DNA of 64,000 nt from Eledone cirrhosa (taxonomy: Eukaryota). This document shows positions 1 to 13,688 of this stretch, in pieces. Below the pieces are notes generated by a model that was given only the letters and a program-made list of their open reading frames with translations, ran no database searches and had not been told where the DNA came from. Each line of letters begins with the position of its first letter. The stretch's first letter is position 1. The translations under genes and the position numbers were made by a program. The stretch lies in assembly GCA_964016885.1 (NCBI GenBank), contig OZ024742.1:236716001-236780000 (forward strand), written 5' to 3'.

Positions 1-285
1 TAATTATATAAATGTATATATAGTTTATTATTACATATTACATTAAATGTCTCTACATATTAAATATCCATTACTTTATATAATATAATTAAGCTATATT
101 AGTTATACCAAAAGGTGGTAACTTTATGTTTAATTCTAACAGTTATTGCAGAGTATAAGGTTAGAGGCGTATAGGAGTTGTGTAGATGAAAGAGCTGATC
201 GAAGAGTGTGTAGTTGTGGGGCTGATAAGTCCTGGATGTGAAGTGTTAATGGTGGTGGGGAATTCAAATCTGACATTGATATATA

Positions 286-2067
286 CTAACAGCTAGGTTT
301 AAAGTTATGGAACGAGTGACGGTATCGGTGTTGGCACGAGGAAAATGTCTCTGACTTTCTATTAAGGAGGTCTAGTTTCGAAAGGATTATAGTATGGGTC
401 TCTAGAAGACAGAGATTACACAATTTATTCGGCGGTGTATACGATGAGGCCCGACCTACTACTTCCCATTGCAGTGTAAATGGTCTATTTCTAGTTTTCA
501 GAGAGTGTACGTAGTTAGATAAAGAAGTGGAGTTGGCTATATTGTGATTTTTGAAAGAGTGGAGGTGCGAGTTATATCTCGTCTTGAAGCTGTTCGAAGT
601 AGAGCCGATATATGTTTTAGAAGAGTTGTTTGCGTTGACGGTCCGGGAGTAGATGATGTCTTTGGTTAAGCAATTATTACCTAATGGGCGAGTTCTATTA
701 GTTCTACAGTTACATTTATTCTGGATGTTAGCTTGCCAGTTCCTATGTTGTGAAGAATTGTGGTTGCTAGGGATAGCACTAGGGTAATAATGTCTGTCAT
801 TCGTATTGTTATTGTTTTCATTAGTGCTATTATCAATATTACTATTATTACTACTATTGTTTACAGGTACTAAGTTTACCTCCTGTTGTGTTTTAATTAG
901 TTGGAAATAATTATTAATCTTCCTTTTATTACTACTAGCTATATGGTATGCTATGTTAGGTGTGGTGGAGTACGAAATTTTAATTGTATTTTTATTGATA
1001 AGGTTATGGTACCTGTGGCCGGACGGGAAGTTTTTTTCTAAGATTGAGAAGAAAGCCTTAGGCAAGTTGGTTGAGACGTTTAGATTGAAAGGGGGATTGA
1101 AGATTGTATTAGTTCTCCTATTTTTGTTTATAATATTGTTTTTGAGGTATTTATATCCCTGTTTATATTATTATTGTGGTGTTTACTTTGGTGCGAGTTA
1201 AGTTTGGTATTATCCTTCGTACTAGAGTTATAGTGGCTAGTGTTTTTATTATTTTCCCCATGGCCATATTATGAGAAATAATGTTGTAACTATGTGATTT
1301 TATAGGTAGGAATTCAATCTCATTCTTATGTCCTGATTTAGCTAAGGCCTCATTATAGTATTGCGAATTATTGTTAAATATGGTTTCATTATATGATAGA
1401 TTAGAGATTCTATTAGATATTCCTTTAGTAATGGAGTTTAATATGGATTTAGGGTGGTGAGAGTTGGTATTCACATAAATTAGTTTTTCGTTAGGTTTAT
1501 GATAGGGTATGTATATTTTAGAGTCTAGGCAAAGGGTAGCATCAAAGAAGTTGACGTTTTTAGTGTTTCTATCTAAGGTGATATTTAAGTTGAAGTTTTT
1601 GAAAATGTTGTGTAATTGTTTCCTAGTTTTTTCTATATTAAAATGTTTATAGTCTATAAGGAGAAGTGCATCATCGCGGTATAAACCACCGTTGAGGTAG
1701 GGTAGGTTCTTATGAATTTCATTAAGTCGATATAGGCCCACCAAATCAGTGTCCTGCGCCGAGTCACTAGATCCCATAGTTATGTCAAAGGTGTTATGCG
1801 TATCCTTGCGGGTCCATAATTGGTCTGCAAATGTAATAATGGGTTTTGTGCCGCAAGTATGACATCAATTTGGGATCTAGTCAGGTCACTATTGTTCATG
1901 GTCATAATTAAAGCCTTATTTAATAGGATAGGGGAAATTGAGGTGTAGTATGAATTGATATCAAATTGTATATTTTTTTTATTTTTACTCTCTTTAATAC
2001 CCTTGAACCATTCCATAACTTCACCTGTATTTCCCCATTGGTTAAGATATATTTTGTGCTTTAACAA
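286..2067 (-). mobile_element. Penelope-like retroelement (Naiad-type), frameshifted RT + GIY-YIG endonuclease, 5'-truncated
   Basis: ORF pieces give RT motifs QFDINSYYTSI, MGSSDSAQDTDLVGLY, GGLYRDDAL and PYHKPN..YVNTNSHHP; linker CNCRTNRTRPLGNNCL (CxC-x5-C-PL-type, typical of Naiad); endonuclease KTYIGSTSNSFKTRYNSH, W..VGRASSY, CNLCLLE, LLNRKSE. Confidence 0.93.
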
Positions 2068-2190
2068 TTGATGTTCTTACATTGAGCTATTTCTCTTACT
2101 GGTAATAAGGTAGTAGAAATTACTGACCTTCCTGTTTATAGTTGTTTATACTATATACATAACTATAAATAGTATTATTATTATATATAC
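2068..2190 (+). mobile_element. Inverted pLTR fragment joined to the 5'-truncated end of the Penelope element
   Basis: Near-identical to the reverse complement of 22820-22950, which belongs to a hammerhead-bearing element; ends in (TA)n. Confidence 0.75.
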
Positions 2191-2192
2191 AC

Positions 2193-2256
<64 letters not shown>

Positions 2257-2261
<5 letters not shown>

Positions 2262-2572
2262 TTAGAATTGGTGCTCTGAAATAGCGATATATATATGAAT
2301 GTATATATAGTGTATTTTGCAATACACGGTATGCTTAATTAAAAACATTTTGAAGACCATACGCAACAGGGGAGATAAACTGACGGAGCTCTGTTTCGTA
2401 CTTTTTGGTACTTATCAAAGTTCACTACTCCTCCTGTTTGCTGAAAATTATGTGTGTTGGATTCTTATAGAATTCCAGTAATAATCAGGAACTGATTATA
2501 CAGAGTGGTCGCTGGTCCAGCAGAAATTGAAAATTAGAATTGGTGCACTGAAATAGCGATATATATATGAAT
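2257..2572 (-). mobile_element. Retrozyme-like non-autonomous element (family A), ~273-nt monomer plus partial tandem repeat
   Basis: Direct repeat aaaattagaattggtgc.ctgaaatagcgatatat at 2257 and 2530; homologous to 48968-49665; contains a hammerhead fold. Confidence 0.8.
2376..2424 (-). ncRNA. Type I hammerhead ribozyme, U3-A8 core variant
   Basis: Minus strand: TGAACT-TTGATAA-GTAC caaaaa GTAC-GAA-ACAGAGCTCCGT-C-AGTTTA. Confidence 0.7.
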
Positions 2573-2672
2573 AGCTGGAGGTTTAACCCTGCGATGGACG
2601 GGCGTCCTGTCCAGGGATACGCACCGGCCAAATGAGCCTTCTGGCTTAAGACCGACTTTAGACTTTAGATAT

Positions 2673-3205
2673 ATGATGGCTGCCCCCCTCGTTATTGAGT
2701 ATGGCCATTGCACGATAGAACATTATTAATAATTATTAATTAATTCTATCGTGCAATACCTGTGCGTGAAGATATTTTTTAAAGTGAGGAAAGACTGTGC
2801 ACTGAGCCAATCCCACTCTCTGAGCGACACTAGCTATAACCCGAAATGAAGAAAAGATCAATATCATCGGTAACCACCGAGCCGCAGGTTTTATATCGGA
2901 GTTATCCCAGTTTCCAGAGTTGCCTTCTCCTAGAAGAATGCCATGACAAAGGCTAGGGGTCCTTCACTACTCCCAATGGTTTAACCGCGCGATCGGGTGT
3001 CCAACACGACTATTTCTATGTCCCCGCGAATATACATACACATGCACCCATGTATATACACATATACATGTACATACATATCTACATGTGTATATACATA
3101 TTTACTCACATTTGGATGGCCGTTGACTCATATGAGTTCTTCCGCCCTTTGTCAGGTTTTGTTTTTTGACCTGCAGGGTGTCCAAAATCACCCTCCCCAC
3201 CAAGG
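2673..3205 (-). mobile_element. Diverged copy of the bipartite RTE-derived element
   Basis: Shares blocks with 29761-30360 (ccttctcctagaa...gacaaaggctagggg; tttggatggccgttgactc; cctgcagg.tgtccaaa.tcaccctcc); interrupted by a microsatellite. Confidence 0.7.
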
Positions 3206-3213
3206 TGATATAT

Positions 3214-3291
3214 ATTACCTTGTCCGACGAACGAATGAGGACGTTTTTTTCGTATTCGTCTTATTCGGGAAACCTCTGGTAATGAGGTAAT
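3214..3291 (+). ncRNA. Type I hammerhead ribozyme (core CCGACGA)
   Basis: Stem I ATTACCTTGT/ATGAGGTAAT; stem II CGAATGAGgACG/CGTCTTATTCG; GAA-ACC tct GGT-A cleavage site. Confidence 0.75.
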
Positions 3292-3395
3292 TATATTGTA
3301 TTGTTTATTATACATAAAATTTTGCTCTGGTACTTACATAGAGCACTCTTCACTCCTATGACTTTTTCAATTTTCAACGGAAACTTCATTACATA

Positions 3396-3503
<108 letters not shown>

Positions 3504-3527
3504 ATATAATATATATATATATATATA

Positions 3528-3782
3528 GGCTAAGTCCAGAATTAGCCGTTGAAACGGCTTGAGCTCAGCCGTCGGGGTCCTACTCGTTCCTATTACCCAC
3601 TCTACTACCCTAAGTATTGAGTACTTTGGTGCGTTATGGTCCACCTGGTTACTTAGGGTAGTAGAGTGGGTTATAGGAACGAGTAGGACCCCGACGGCTG
3701 AGCTCAAGCCGTTTCAACGGCTAATTCTGGACTTAGCCGTCGAAACGGCTTGAGCTCAGCCGTCGGGGTCCTACTCGTTCCT
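3528..3782. mobile_element. Foldback pLTR-derived element (family C) in (TA)n with 3' half of a hammerhead
   Basis: Three alternating segments (+,-,+); GAA-ACGGC ttgagctca GCCGT-C-GGGGTC; homologs at 19988-20150 and 60230-60436. Confidence 0.8.
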
Positions 3783-3893
3783 ATATATATATATATATAT
3801 ATTAATATACATATACATATATATATATACATATATATATATACATATATATATACATATATATATATACACACATATATATACATACACACT

Positions 3894-3933
<40 letters not shown>

Positions 3934-3986
3934 TACATATATATATATATACATATATATATATATTCATATATATTCATATATAT

Positions 3987-4067
<81 letters not shown>

Positions 4068-4202
4068 TATACATGCACACACACACACCTATATATATGG
4101 AGAGAGAGAGACCACACATAAACATATATGTACATGTACATATATATATATATATATATCTGTATATACATGCGTGTGCGTAATTATATATATATATATA
4201 TA

Positions 4203-4252
<50 letters not shown>

Positions 4253-4645
4253 GACATATATATATATCTATAATTATATATATATATATATATAATTATA
4301 TATATCTATAATTATATATATCTATATCTATTATATATATATATACATATATATTATATATATATATATACACACATACATATATATACACACATACATA
4401 CTTATATGTGTGTATGTGTACGTGACTTAATCGTTGAAAATGAATACTCATGCCATACATCAGCTGCCTAGTTCTATATAGAGAATGAAGAACGTTCCCG
4501 AAATTAGCCACCGCTGCCAGTTATAGATAGCTAGATAAACATCTTGAACAAACTTTAGCTAGTCTGATTGAGTGTAAAGCTTTAAGACAGACTTAACTAT
4601 CTAGAAAATGATCGCAGAAAACAAAATTAGCAGTAATAATAATAA

Positions 4646-7560
4646 TGGTTTCTTTATAAACCACAAAGGGTTTACACCAAGAAAAACATTATGACGGCAA
4701 AGGACGAAAACATAAGAGTGTGTGTGCGTGTTGGTGTGTGGGTTTTGCGTGTAAACAAATTATAACAATGTTAAAAAAAAAGAAAGATAACAATAAAATT
4801 GCAACAAAGGAGGTTCCTTGATAGGGAAGCGACGTTCGCGGGGTACTCGTGGAAAACAACCGATAAAATCACAGGTGCCCTGATCTCTAGGGCAAGTGGC
4901 CTGTCTCAGTTATACTCCTCCAATCTATAGGCGCACCCTCTGTGAGGGCCTATTCATTCGGGCCATGTCGTCTCTCTCACCCATCCATACTTGCAGAGTT
5001 TATCTTGAACTGACAAAGCTCTTGGCCAGGGATTTCTGGAAATTATCCATGTGACCTTGACCGAAATCTTCCCGAAAAGAGTGACTAGTTGATTTTCGTC
5101 GATGCCTAGAGTTTCTCCGAAGAACGTCGTCGCTTTCATCCGCCACTAACCCTCTATAGGACGTCAAGGTGGAGTTTCCACTGATCATATTGTCCGATTG
5201 CTGTGAGCACCTGAAGACATTTCAGTTTCGAAGCACTCCCCCTTGGCCACTGCTTGACCCAGGACTGCAACTCCGTTAAGTATACGAGCTAGGGGAACAT
5301 GCATTTGGTGAACGGCGATGACACCTGATCACCGTTAAGGGAACGATGGAGATGTAGCCTCAGCTCATGTGTGCGCATCATCAACTACGGCATTCCCAGC
5401 CCTCCACGGAGCGGGTATGGACAGCAGATGGACCGCCTGACAATCGGAATGTGTCCCTTCCACAAGAAGCGGAAGAGCAAACGTTCCAATGCAGTTAGAC
5501 GGGGTCTGGGATGAGGCACGGCGAGGCAATTTACAGCTTAGTCATTGCCTACCGTACTTCAGCAGCTGGTATCGGCTTTTCGCAACACTCCGCCCCAGTC
5601 ATCGCAGACAGCCGAAGTAGGCACTTAAGTCCATCCCTCGATCTGGCCCGCCGCTTGCCGCGAACAGCTGAGGGAATTGCCGTTGAAAGACTGCACATAT
5701 TTGCCTAGGATCGAGTAACATGCACCCGTTGTGGTAGTCTAAAGATCGGATCATGGCTTTGCTTCCACAAATCGCCTCCGCCACTAAGACCCATTGAATG
5801 TCTTTCATCCCTTCATGTCTGAGACCATGCGTCCTAGCTCTGACAACGCAGCTTCCATGGTTTGTGTTGAAGATTTGGTCAGTGGCCAATCTCGCCGCAA
5901 GCACGTCGGTTGCAATGCCTTTACTAAGCGCATCGTCTGATTTTCTCCCTCTACTCTATTTTTCTCTATTGCTAAAGTCTTACTAAAAATAATTTTTCCT
6001 ATTTTAGTACAAGGCCAGTGTATTATCCCAGTGTATTACTGATCCTTTATTTTATCATCTCGTAGGGGTGATAAAATAAGGGACCAGTACGCAAAGAGGT
6101 GTAACTCTATGCTACAAAGCATGCCGTCCGACTCTCTATCGAGGGCGAACCAACTTTAGTTGTTGACGAATGCCCCCGTCAACGCCCGCTTAACCAATCC
6201 ACTAATCCGGTCTCTGTAGGCTTTGCGCAACGTGAGCAACGCGTTTAGCTTTAAGAAGCCGGGTCCCTGTCTATGAAGTCTATTTAAGTCGACCATACAG
6301 ATAACACATTTGTGGTCTGTGAAGTCAACTATCTTCAATTGTGGACAGCCTATGCTAGAACTATCTATTTCCACACAAAACACCCTAAATAGATACGATC
6401 TGGATGACCCGATGCCATTTGTCCATGTCAATATTGTCACGTTCGGGAAATCCAGTCGGCATATGTCAGACACGCGGAAGCGTCCGAACAGGTTTGCGAG
6501 GCTTTTTGACCCTCTTCCACTATCTGCTAGTCCCACACAGTCCCAGCATGCATCCAAGATCTCGTTCCGATCGCCCAGTAACATTAAAAAGCCACCCTGC
6601 CCAAGTCGTGCATAAACAGTCACTTTGCCTGAAAGCATAGCCTTCACTGCTGGTCACTTCGAGTACCACAGACTTACTTTCTGGGTTCAGGAAAATGGTC
6701 CGCATCACGCGATCCCGGCCTTTCCGAAACAACAGTGTGACTTCCTCTCCATATCTTAGAGATGCACACATTTCGTAACCGCCGATAATGGGTGTGAAGG
6801 CTTGTGCCTCGAAAATCTGGTCAATCTGATGGCCACTATAGCTATGTTCATCGAGCGGAGGTCGTTGAGCAGGTGACCCTGCTTACATGATGAACCCAGG
6901 CGAAGTGCATTTACGCTTCCTATTCTTAATAAGGCCAAGTTGAAAAAGAATAAGAAAAGGTGGGAAAGACCACTTACTTCAGTCTTGTGGAGGAAGGATG
7001 GTTCCTCCGTCTTTCTGGCTGGCGGTGGCCCTCTTCGCAACGATGTCCTTGTATATCCTTCTGTAGAGTGTTTCGCGGAAATCTCCAACGCCATCGTGGA
7101 ATTTTCCTTTTAGAATAGTGTATATTTTGGGGGAGATGTGTGTTATTTGTAAGTGTGTTGGTGTTGTGAATTTTGGGGGTGTTTGCTGATGTTGTGTTGG
7201 ATATAGTGCAATAATTGTTTGTTGTTCGTGTTTAGAGCCATGTAGTGCATTGTAGTATGTTGTGTTTGCATTTGTTGTGGTTGCGCATGTGGGTTTGTTT
7301 CCTTTTGGCTTGTTGTGGTGTTGTTGGTGGTGATGGTATTGGTGTTGGTGGTATTGGTGTTGTTGGTGTTGGGGTTGATGATTGTGATGCTGTTTGAGGC
7401 AATGGGACTGGTGGTGATTTTGTAGTTGGTGGTGTTGGGGTTGATGATGGTGATGGTGTTTGTGGCAATGGGGCTGGTGATGATTTTGTGGTTGGTGTCT
7501 GTTGTATGTTTCGCCCTCTTTTTTTAGGGCGAAGGAGGAGAGTTCTTTCTATTTTTATTT
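4646..7560 (-). mobile_element. L1/Tx1-like LINE, internally deleted and degenerate
   Basis: APE remnants (LRIGSVNALRL, VVLEVTSSEG, SRSYL.RVF, TDHKCV, GPGFLKLN) and C-terminal GPMDNFQKSLA-like block homologous to 35921-38592; 3' end plus (ATT)n at ~4635-4670; Pro/Thr-rich 5' region. Confidence 0.85.
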
Positions 7561-7675
7561 CTGACGGGGGAAAGGAAAGTCAATTAAATCGACCCCAGTG
7601 CGGGACAGGTACTTTATTTTATTGACCCCGTAAGGATGAAAGGCAAAGCTAACCTTGGTGGGATTTCAACTCAGA
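7560..7675 (-). mobile_element. SINE family 1 fragment
   Basis: Reverse complement of ctttgcctttcatccttacggggtc.ataaaataaagtacc core, repeated many times in the window. Confidence 0.8.
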
Positions 7676-8027
7676 TATAATAGAAACAAAATAACATGCA
7701 TTAGTAATAATATATATAGGTTCAACTGAACGAAAATTACAACAGTTATGATGAAAATAAAAGTGACGATGACTACAAATATGATTATGATAATTATGAT
7801 GATGCTGATTATTATTAATGTGGTATGTATGGGGGGGGGGGGGAGGGATTCCCAAGGAATTACCTTTGATGTCATTTCTTCTATTGAGAATTTTTCCTTC
7901 TCCATAATTGTTATATATACATATATGTGTATTGATACTATCACTATTCATTAACAATACAAAAAAAAAACAGAACAAACATCAGGAAGGAAATATTTCT
8001 CAAATTGGAAGTGAAGACACTCTAGGG

Positions 8028-8244
8028 AAAAGGTCGGCAACGCGAAGGATTTTTGACCGGCCCGCCAACAGGCTTCAATCTTAGGCTAAGCGATCCCTGA
8101 AAAAGTGCTCTGAATATTTTGGATTAGAATACCGACTAGAGAACACGTCTAGCCACAAGACTCATTTTGTTGAACGTAATTTTTTGCGTGACAGTAACAA
8201 ATAAACTCAGACAGATAGACTAGTCAGGCATAGAGGTCAAGGAG

Positions 8245-8287
<43 letters not shown>

Positions 8288-8722
8288 TCATGTATATATG
8301 TACATACATAGTATGTGTATGGCAGGGATGTGGAATGACACAGACTTACCTAAAAAGTCAACGTGTCTAGCATACTTATTTCATTTCATCCTCAAAATTT
8401 TCTATTTGAGTTTGCTGTCTGGTAGTAAAACATCTGTAAGTGACTATATTCGATAATAATCAATGTTTATTTATTTTTCTATGTTAAAATTGTTCAGTAT
8501 TATAAGAAGTACATTTTTTCAACGAACAAATAGCAACCCTGATCTAAATACACCACCAGGATCGTGGTTTTGTCACAGTTTATTAAAAATGTCATAGTAT
8601 TTTATCATATTACTGTATTCGTTTTTACATATGTTCCCATTATTTATGTTATATCATGGCTCGCCGACGAGACACTGCATAGCAATGTGGCCCAGAGGCC
8701 CTAAAAGTTTTCCGACTCCCTG
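8028..8722. mobile_element. Degenerate hAT-type MITE
   Basis: Imperfect TIRs (ggtcggcaa / tttccgactccctg), subterminal ggccc motifs, flanks ctctaggg / ctctacgg resembling an 8-bp TSD. Confidence 0.5.
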
Positions 8723-9230
8723 CTCTACGGTAATTCCTTACACAGCCTCACACAAACCCCAACATTAATAATAATCAACATTATGATAGTTATTAAAATC
8801 ATCGCCATCTTTATTTTCAACATAGCATTTGTATTTGTAGTTTTCTTTTTAATAAATGTGTATATCACCCTTATTGTTAATTACAAGTAAACGTCACATA
8901 TATATAATACAACTGTATTCAAATGCACGTTTAGATACGAAGATAAATCAACCCTAAAATATTTCACAAACATATGAAAGAAATATAGTTTATAGATTTA
9001 AATGAATGTACAAATATACGTTGCAAACGTACTTCATATATGCTCGTTAGAATTATAGTTGACATGTACGTTATCAATTTTTATTACAAATGTAAAGTAA
9101 AAATGTTTATAAATGCACGTTAAAAAATATCGTTATCAAATTATATTACAAATATACGTTAAAAATCTATAAAAGTCCAGAAAGTCCAGGACTTGTTTGA
9201 CTTACCAAGCTTTGGGAAATTTGAAATTGG

Positions 9231-9457
9231 AAAATATAGTCACCACAATGCAGATAACTATAATTAATAACCAAGGACACTTTGGAATCACGGCTAAACG
9301 CGCTCGCTCGGTATACAAAAGATGGATTGTTCGATTCCCCGTAGGCCTCTTTGCCCACCTTTTGTGTCTCTATGGGTACTTTACTCGATTCATCCAACTA
9401 TTATCTAGTGTTAACGACTACAATTACAATTACCTGCATTGTGGCGACTATATTTTA
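9231..9457. repeat. Imperfect ~35-bp inverted repeat pair (possible MITE or foldback)
   Basis: aaaatatagtcaccacaatgcagataa versus ttacctgcattgtggcgactatatttt. Confidence 0.6.
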
Positions 9458-12400
9458 ATACTATAAATGTATATTTTTTTCATCTCTTAGCCAGAAAGAA
9501 GTGCAGTACCCATGATCATTACCAGAGCCACTTAACTATAATAAGTGATACTATGTTATCTAGTGTTTCTATCGCCAGTTGCTCATAGAAACTCTGATTT
9601 TAAAGAGAATGAATGAGAACTCTATAAATATAAGCTCATAAACAAATCTTTACTTCGGTAAAGGCACGAACGTAACACTGCCACGTTTGTATTTTATAGA
9701 TCTGAAGAACATTTTTGTACTTATAAAACAAACAGTTGTTTGAGAAAACTGGTGAAAAATTTAAAGTGCAGAAATATTTAAAGAACCTAACTTCGCAATT
9801 AAGTTTCAATATCTCATACAGTCATCCTTTTCCTTTTGCTTCCTAAATAATTCATTGGCAGTGGTAGGAACATGACATTTCTTGTTTCTCCATTCGTAAA
9901 AGTCCAAGATAATAACGAATTGGCGCCGGATTAAATGCCTCGGTGTTTGTTCCGACTCTCAGATCCTTGAGTTCAAAACTCACCGAGGTTAACTTTACCG
10001 TTCATCCTTTCAGCGTTTATAAATAAAGTACCAAAGCATGGCTGGGAGATTGCGGGATCTTAAAAGAGTCGAAAAGGTATCTGTTCTGGTCCTGTTTGTT
10101 TTGAGTTCAAACCCGCCTCCTGTCGACCAAAAATGAGATAGTATATCTCTTCTCCAGAAGGTTGGCCTCTCGTGGGAAATAATTGGCTTAAATAAAAAGC
10201 GAGCATGAACCTTCTCAAATACCAATTGAAATATGTTCATGACGTTTTGTACTCAGTTGTAAGCAGAAATACTGATTAGAAAGGAAAGGTCTCAGACTTC
10301 ATGTTAAATATGTAAAAAAATGTTACTATTTTCAGGATAATTTTAAATGGAATGCTATAGGAATTATTTTGTGATAATAAGAATATATAAGAAACCAGGG
10401 TAAAACTTGTAAAAAATGAAAAAGTGATCTTTAGATGAGGCAGATAACGGAAACAATGCTATAAACAGGAGCTTGAAAATTTATAAATAACAATTTACGT
10501 ATCTCATAAAATCTTTTCCTTCCAGCGGGAAACAGCACGTTCTTCTGGTGTGAAACAAATTTAGACAGGAATATAAATCCCATTAGATTGGTAATTGAGG
10601 AAAATAGTGAAATGATAAGCAAGGCAATATAAATGGAAGTACAGCCGCAGAAAACCTGCCTCAAAATATCTCCGCCAACCCATGCAAGTATGGAAAAAAG
10701 TGATTGCGAAAACGTTGTTAGTTATGAACGATGCAGACGCCGTCGGTTTCGATGATGAACATTTAATTTTTCGATCAATTGAATGTCCAAGATATGAATT
10801 AACGTGTAAGTGGTTGAGTATTCAACAATCACGTATATTCTTAACGTAACTCAGTCAGAATCAACGTGACATAAGTGGTGACAAGGCTAGACCATTGAAC
10901 TACAGGCAATCAGATAGATTTTTGCACAGTTTCCAGCTATTTAATTTTACTCACAATGCTTGGATCGTTTCCAGACTATGGTAAAGAAAGACACTTGCAC
11001 AAGATGTCGAATCAAAGAGCTCATGATTGCGAAACAATATATGCCAAAGAAGCAGCTCAACCAGTAATCTATTCTATGTTGAAATGTTTTAGGTCAAATG
11101 AAATAAAGGCACCTGTTACACGAAATGTTCTCAAACTGTTACGCAGGGCTTTCTCAAATGAAGAAACAATGTCTCGAATTTTGGAGAAACGATCACCATC
11201 GATTGACTCGACCCAAGCACATGACAGGTACGTACTTTTAACGATTCCTGAAAGATAATAAAACAAAGTCGACGTCAACAGAATTTGAACCCAGAACGTA
11301 AAAAGACGTAATTAAATATTGTATGGCAACTCCTGACCACTATATGCCTTTAATGGAGTTCTCTCTGTTGCAAACATTCGGGTCAAATATTTGGTTTGAC
11401 TATAATTCCCTATCTCTTTCTCCTCTTTCTCCTCACCATTCTCCGAGGCCCTGACATAGTTCATAGGCGCCATTGTTTGCTCTACAATGTTTGTCAATCT
11501 ACCAATTAATTAACTAATTATTTTAGTCATTATTAAGACTAGTCAACCTACCACAGTTTTATATTTTTTAACTCAATCCTGCCTAGAAAACGAGAGAAAT
11601 ATTTTCAACATAAACAGGCAGCAAAATAGCAAAATTGTTAGAACGTCGGACAAAATGTTTCGCACCACTTGTTCCGGTTCGCTGCGTTCTGAGTTCAAAT
11701 CTCGCCGAGATCAACTTTGTTTTTAATCTTTCCGGGTTTGATACATATTGCACCAGTCAAGAGCAGTGGACTGGTAGGCTTGTTAGAGCGTCGGACGAAA
11801 TGTGTTGCATTATTTATTCCAGTTCCTTGAATTCTGAGTTCGAAACCCAGCGTGGACTCAACTTGAGTGTTAGTCTTAAACAACGACTCGATTTATCATT
11901 TTTCCCTGATCCTTGGAGAGTTTACTCTCCTGCAAGCATTTCGACCAGGAATTTGGTTTAAGGGTACCTTCCTCACTCCAGAATGGGCAGAATGCATGTG
12001 ACACACTAAGTGGCGAGGCTTGACTTTCGAATTACAGGTATTTTCATTCGATGGGCTTCCACTCGGTTTCCGTCTGCCCAGATTTACTCACGAACTTTAA
12101 TGTCCCAGGGTATCATCAAATACGTTTGTCCAAGATGTCAAGCAATGGGTTCGAACCCGAAACCTCATGATTGCAAAATGAACTTCTTAACCACACAGTC
12201 AGGACTGCTAGCTAAAAAATTCATTTGTTAAGGACAAGATTACATATGAACGAATTAATAACCTCATCTAAACAGAGAGATATCTCAGGGAACGGAAAGT
12301 TGAAATATAAGCTTAGCCATTCCTCATCAGTGTGGCGGCAGCGGCGGCGGTGGTGGTGGTGGTGGTAGTAGTAGTAGTAGTAGTAATTTCTGCTGGTGTA

Positions 12401-12908
12401 CTAAAAGAGAAGAAAAACAATGAAAGAACAACAGCAAGTAAAAAGTAAATAAAATATGAAAACAAAGAAGCAAACAAGAAAGAGAGGAAAGAAAGGAAAA
12501 GAAAAAAATGAAAGAAAGAAAGTAAGAAATCATAATTGAGGGAAAAAAAAGTGCATCACAGTATTGTGTGTAAAATGATGGAGAGTGTGGCTGGTTTCAA
12601 GTAGACCACCCGGGGTGAAGTTTGAAAAATTGCCATTATCTTCAAACAACTTTTACAACAACAACAACAACGCCACCACCACAACAACACCACCACCCTC
12701 ACTACAAACACCACCATCACCAACAACAACAACGCCACCCTCACCACCACCACAAACAACAGCAACAACAACGTTACACCAACATCGCCACTACCAACAC
12801 CACAATCATCGCCACTACCACCCCCACCACCACCACCAACAACAACAACACCACCACCAACACAACAAAATTGGCAACAAAAACAACAACAACAATAATA
12901 ATAATAAC

Positions 12909-12941
<33 letters not shown>

Positions 12942-13122
12942 CTTTTCTTACATTAAAATAAAGGATGGCGGCGATGATGAAAAAGAGGAGAAGAAAAAAA
13001 GAAGGAAGAAGAGGAGGTGGTGTAAGCAGATGTTAGTGGAGGCGTTTGGTTACATACAATCTAATGACGATGTTGGGAAGTTTCACCAAAGATTTATGCA
13101 GCTGAGAAATACATACACACAT

Positions 13123-13158
<36 letters not shown>

Positions 13159-13602
13159 TTTATATATATATACAGAGAGAGAGAGAGAAGAAGAAGTGTG
13201 AGAGTGAATGTGTTAGATGTAATGTATAATAGGTTAGGTAATGTGAAGCGGACGATCCCAAAAGAAACAACAGCTTATGTGATGATTTTGTCGTCTTGTT
13301 AGAGACATTGCTGCATTATTATTTCACACGGTTCTACTCATTGTACATCAAGTATAAACTGACTGGTTGCCTGGGTTGCTGGCTGGGTGTATTGGTTGAG
13401 TGGCTGTTTTTGGTGACTGGCTGGTTGGCTGGTTGTTCCGACTGGTTGTTCTGGCTTGCTAGGTGGCTTTGCGGTATTCGTTCCAGCACTTTGCAATCTG
13501 CGTTCAAATTCCGCTAATGTCAACCATGACTTTTATCCTTTCGACGTCGATAAATAACGTGCCAGTCGAGGATTAGTGTAAATTTTTCCTCTTATCCCCC
13601 CC

Positions 13603-13688
<86 letters not shown>

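Noticed and set aside
286-2067. Selenocysteine/SECIS-bearing Naiad
   Set aside because: No in-frame TGA at conserved Cys positions was seen, and the bulged hairpin lacks the SECIS 5' RUGA / 3' GA arrangement.
3528-3782. CRISPR-like or terminator-like repeats
   Set aside because: The repeats are inverted duplications without unique spacers; the context is eukaryotic and there are no cas genes.
4550-4575. Additional bulged hairpin (ACTT...TTGAGTG)
   Set aside because: The register is imperfect and there is no upstream hammerhead.
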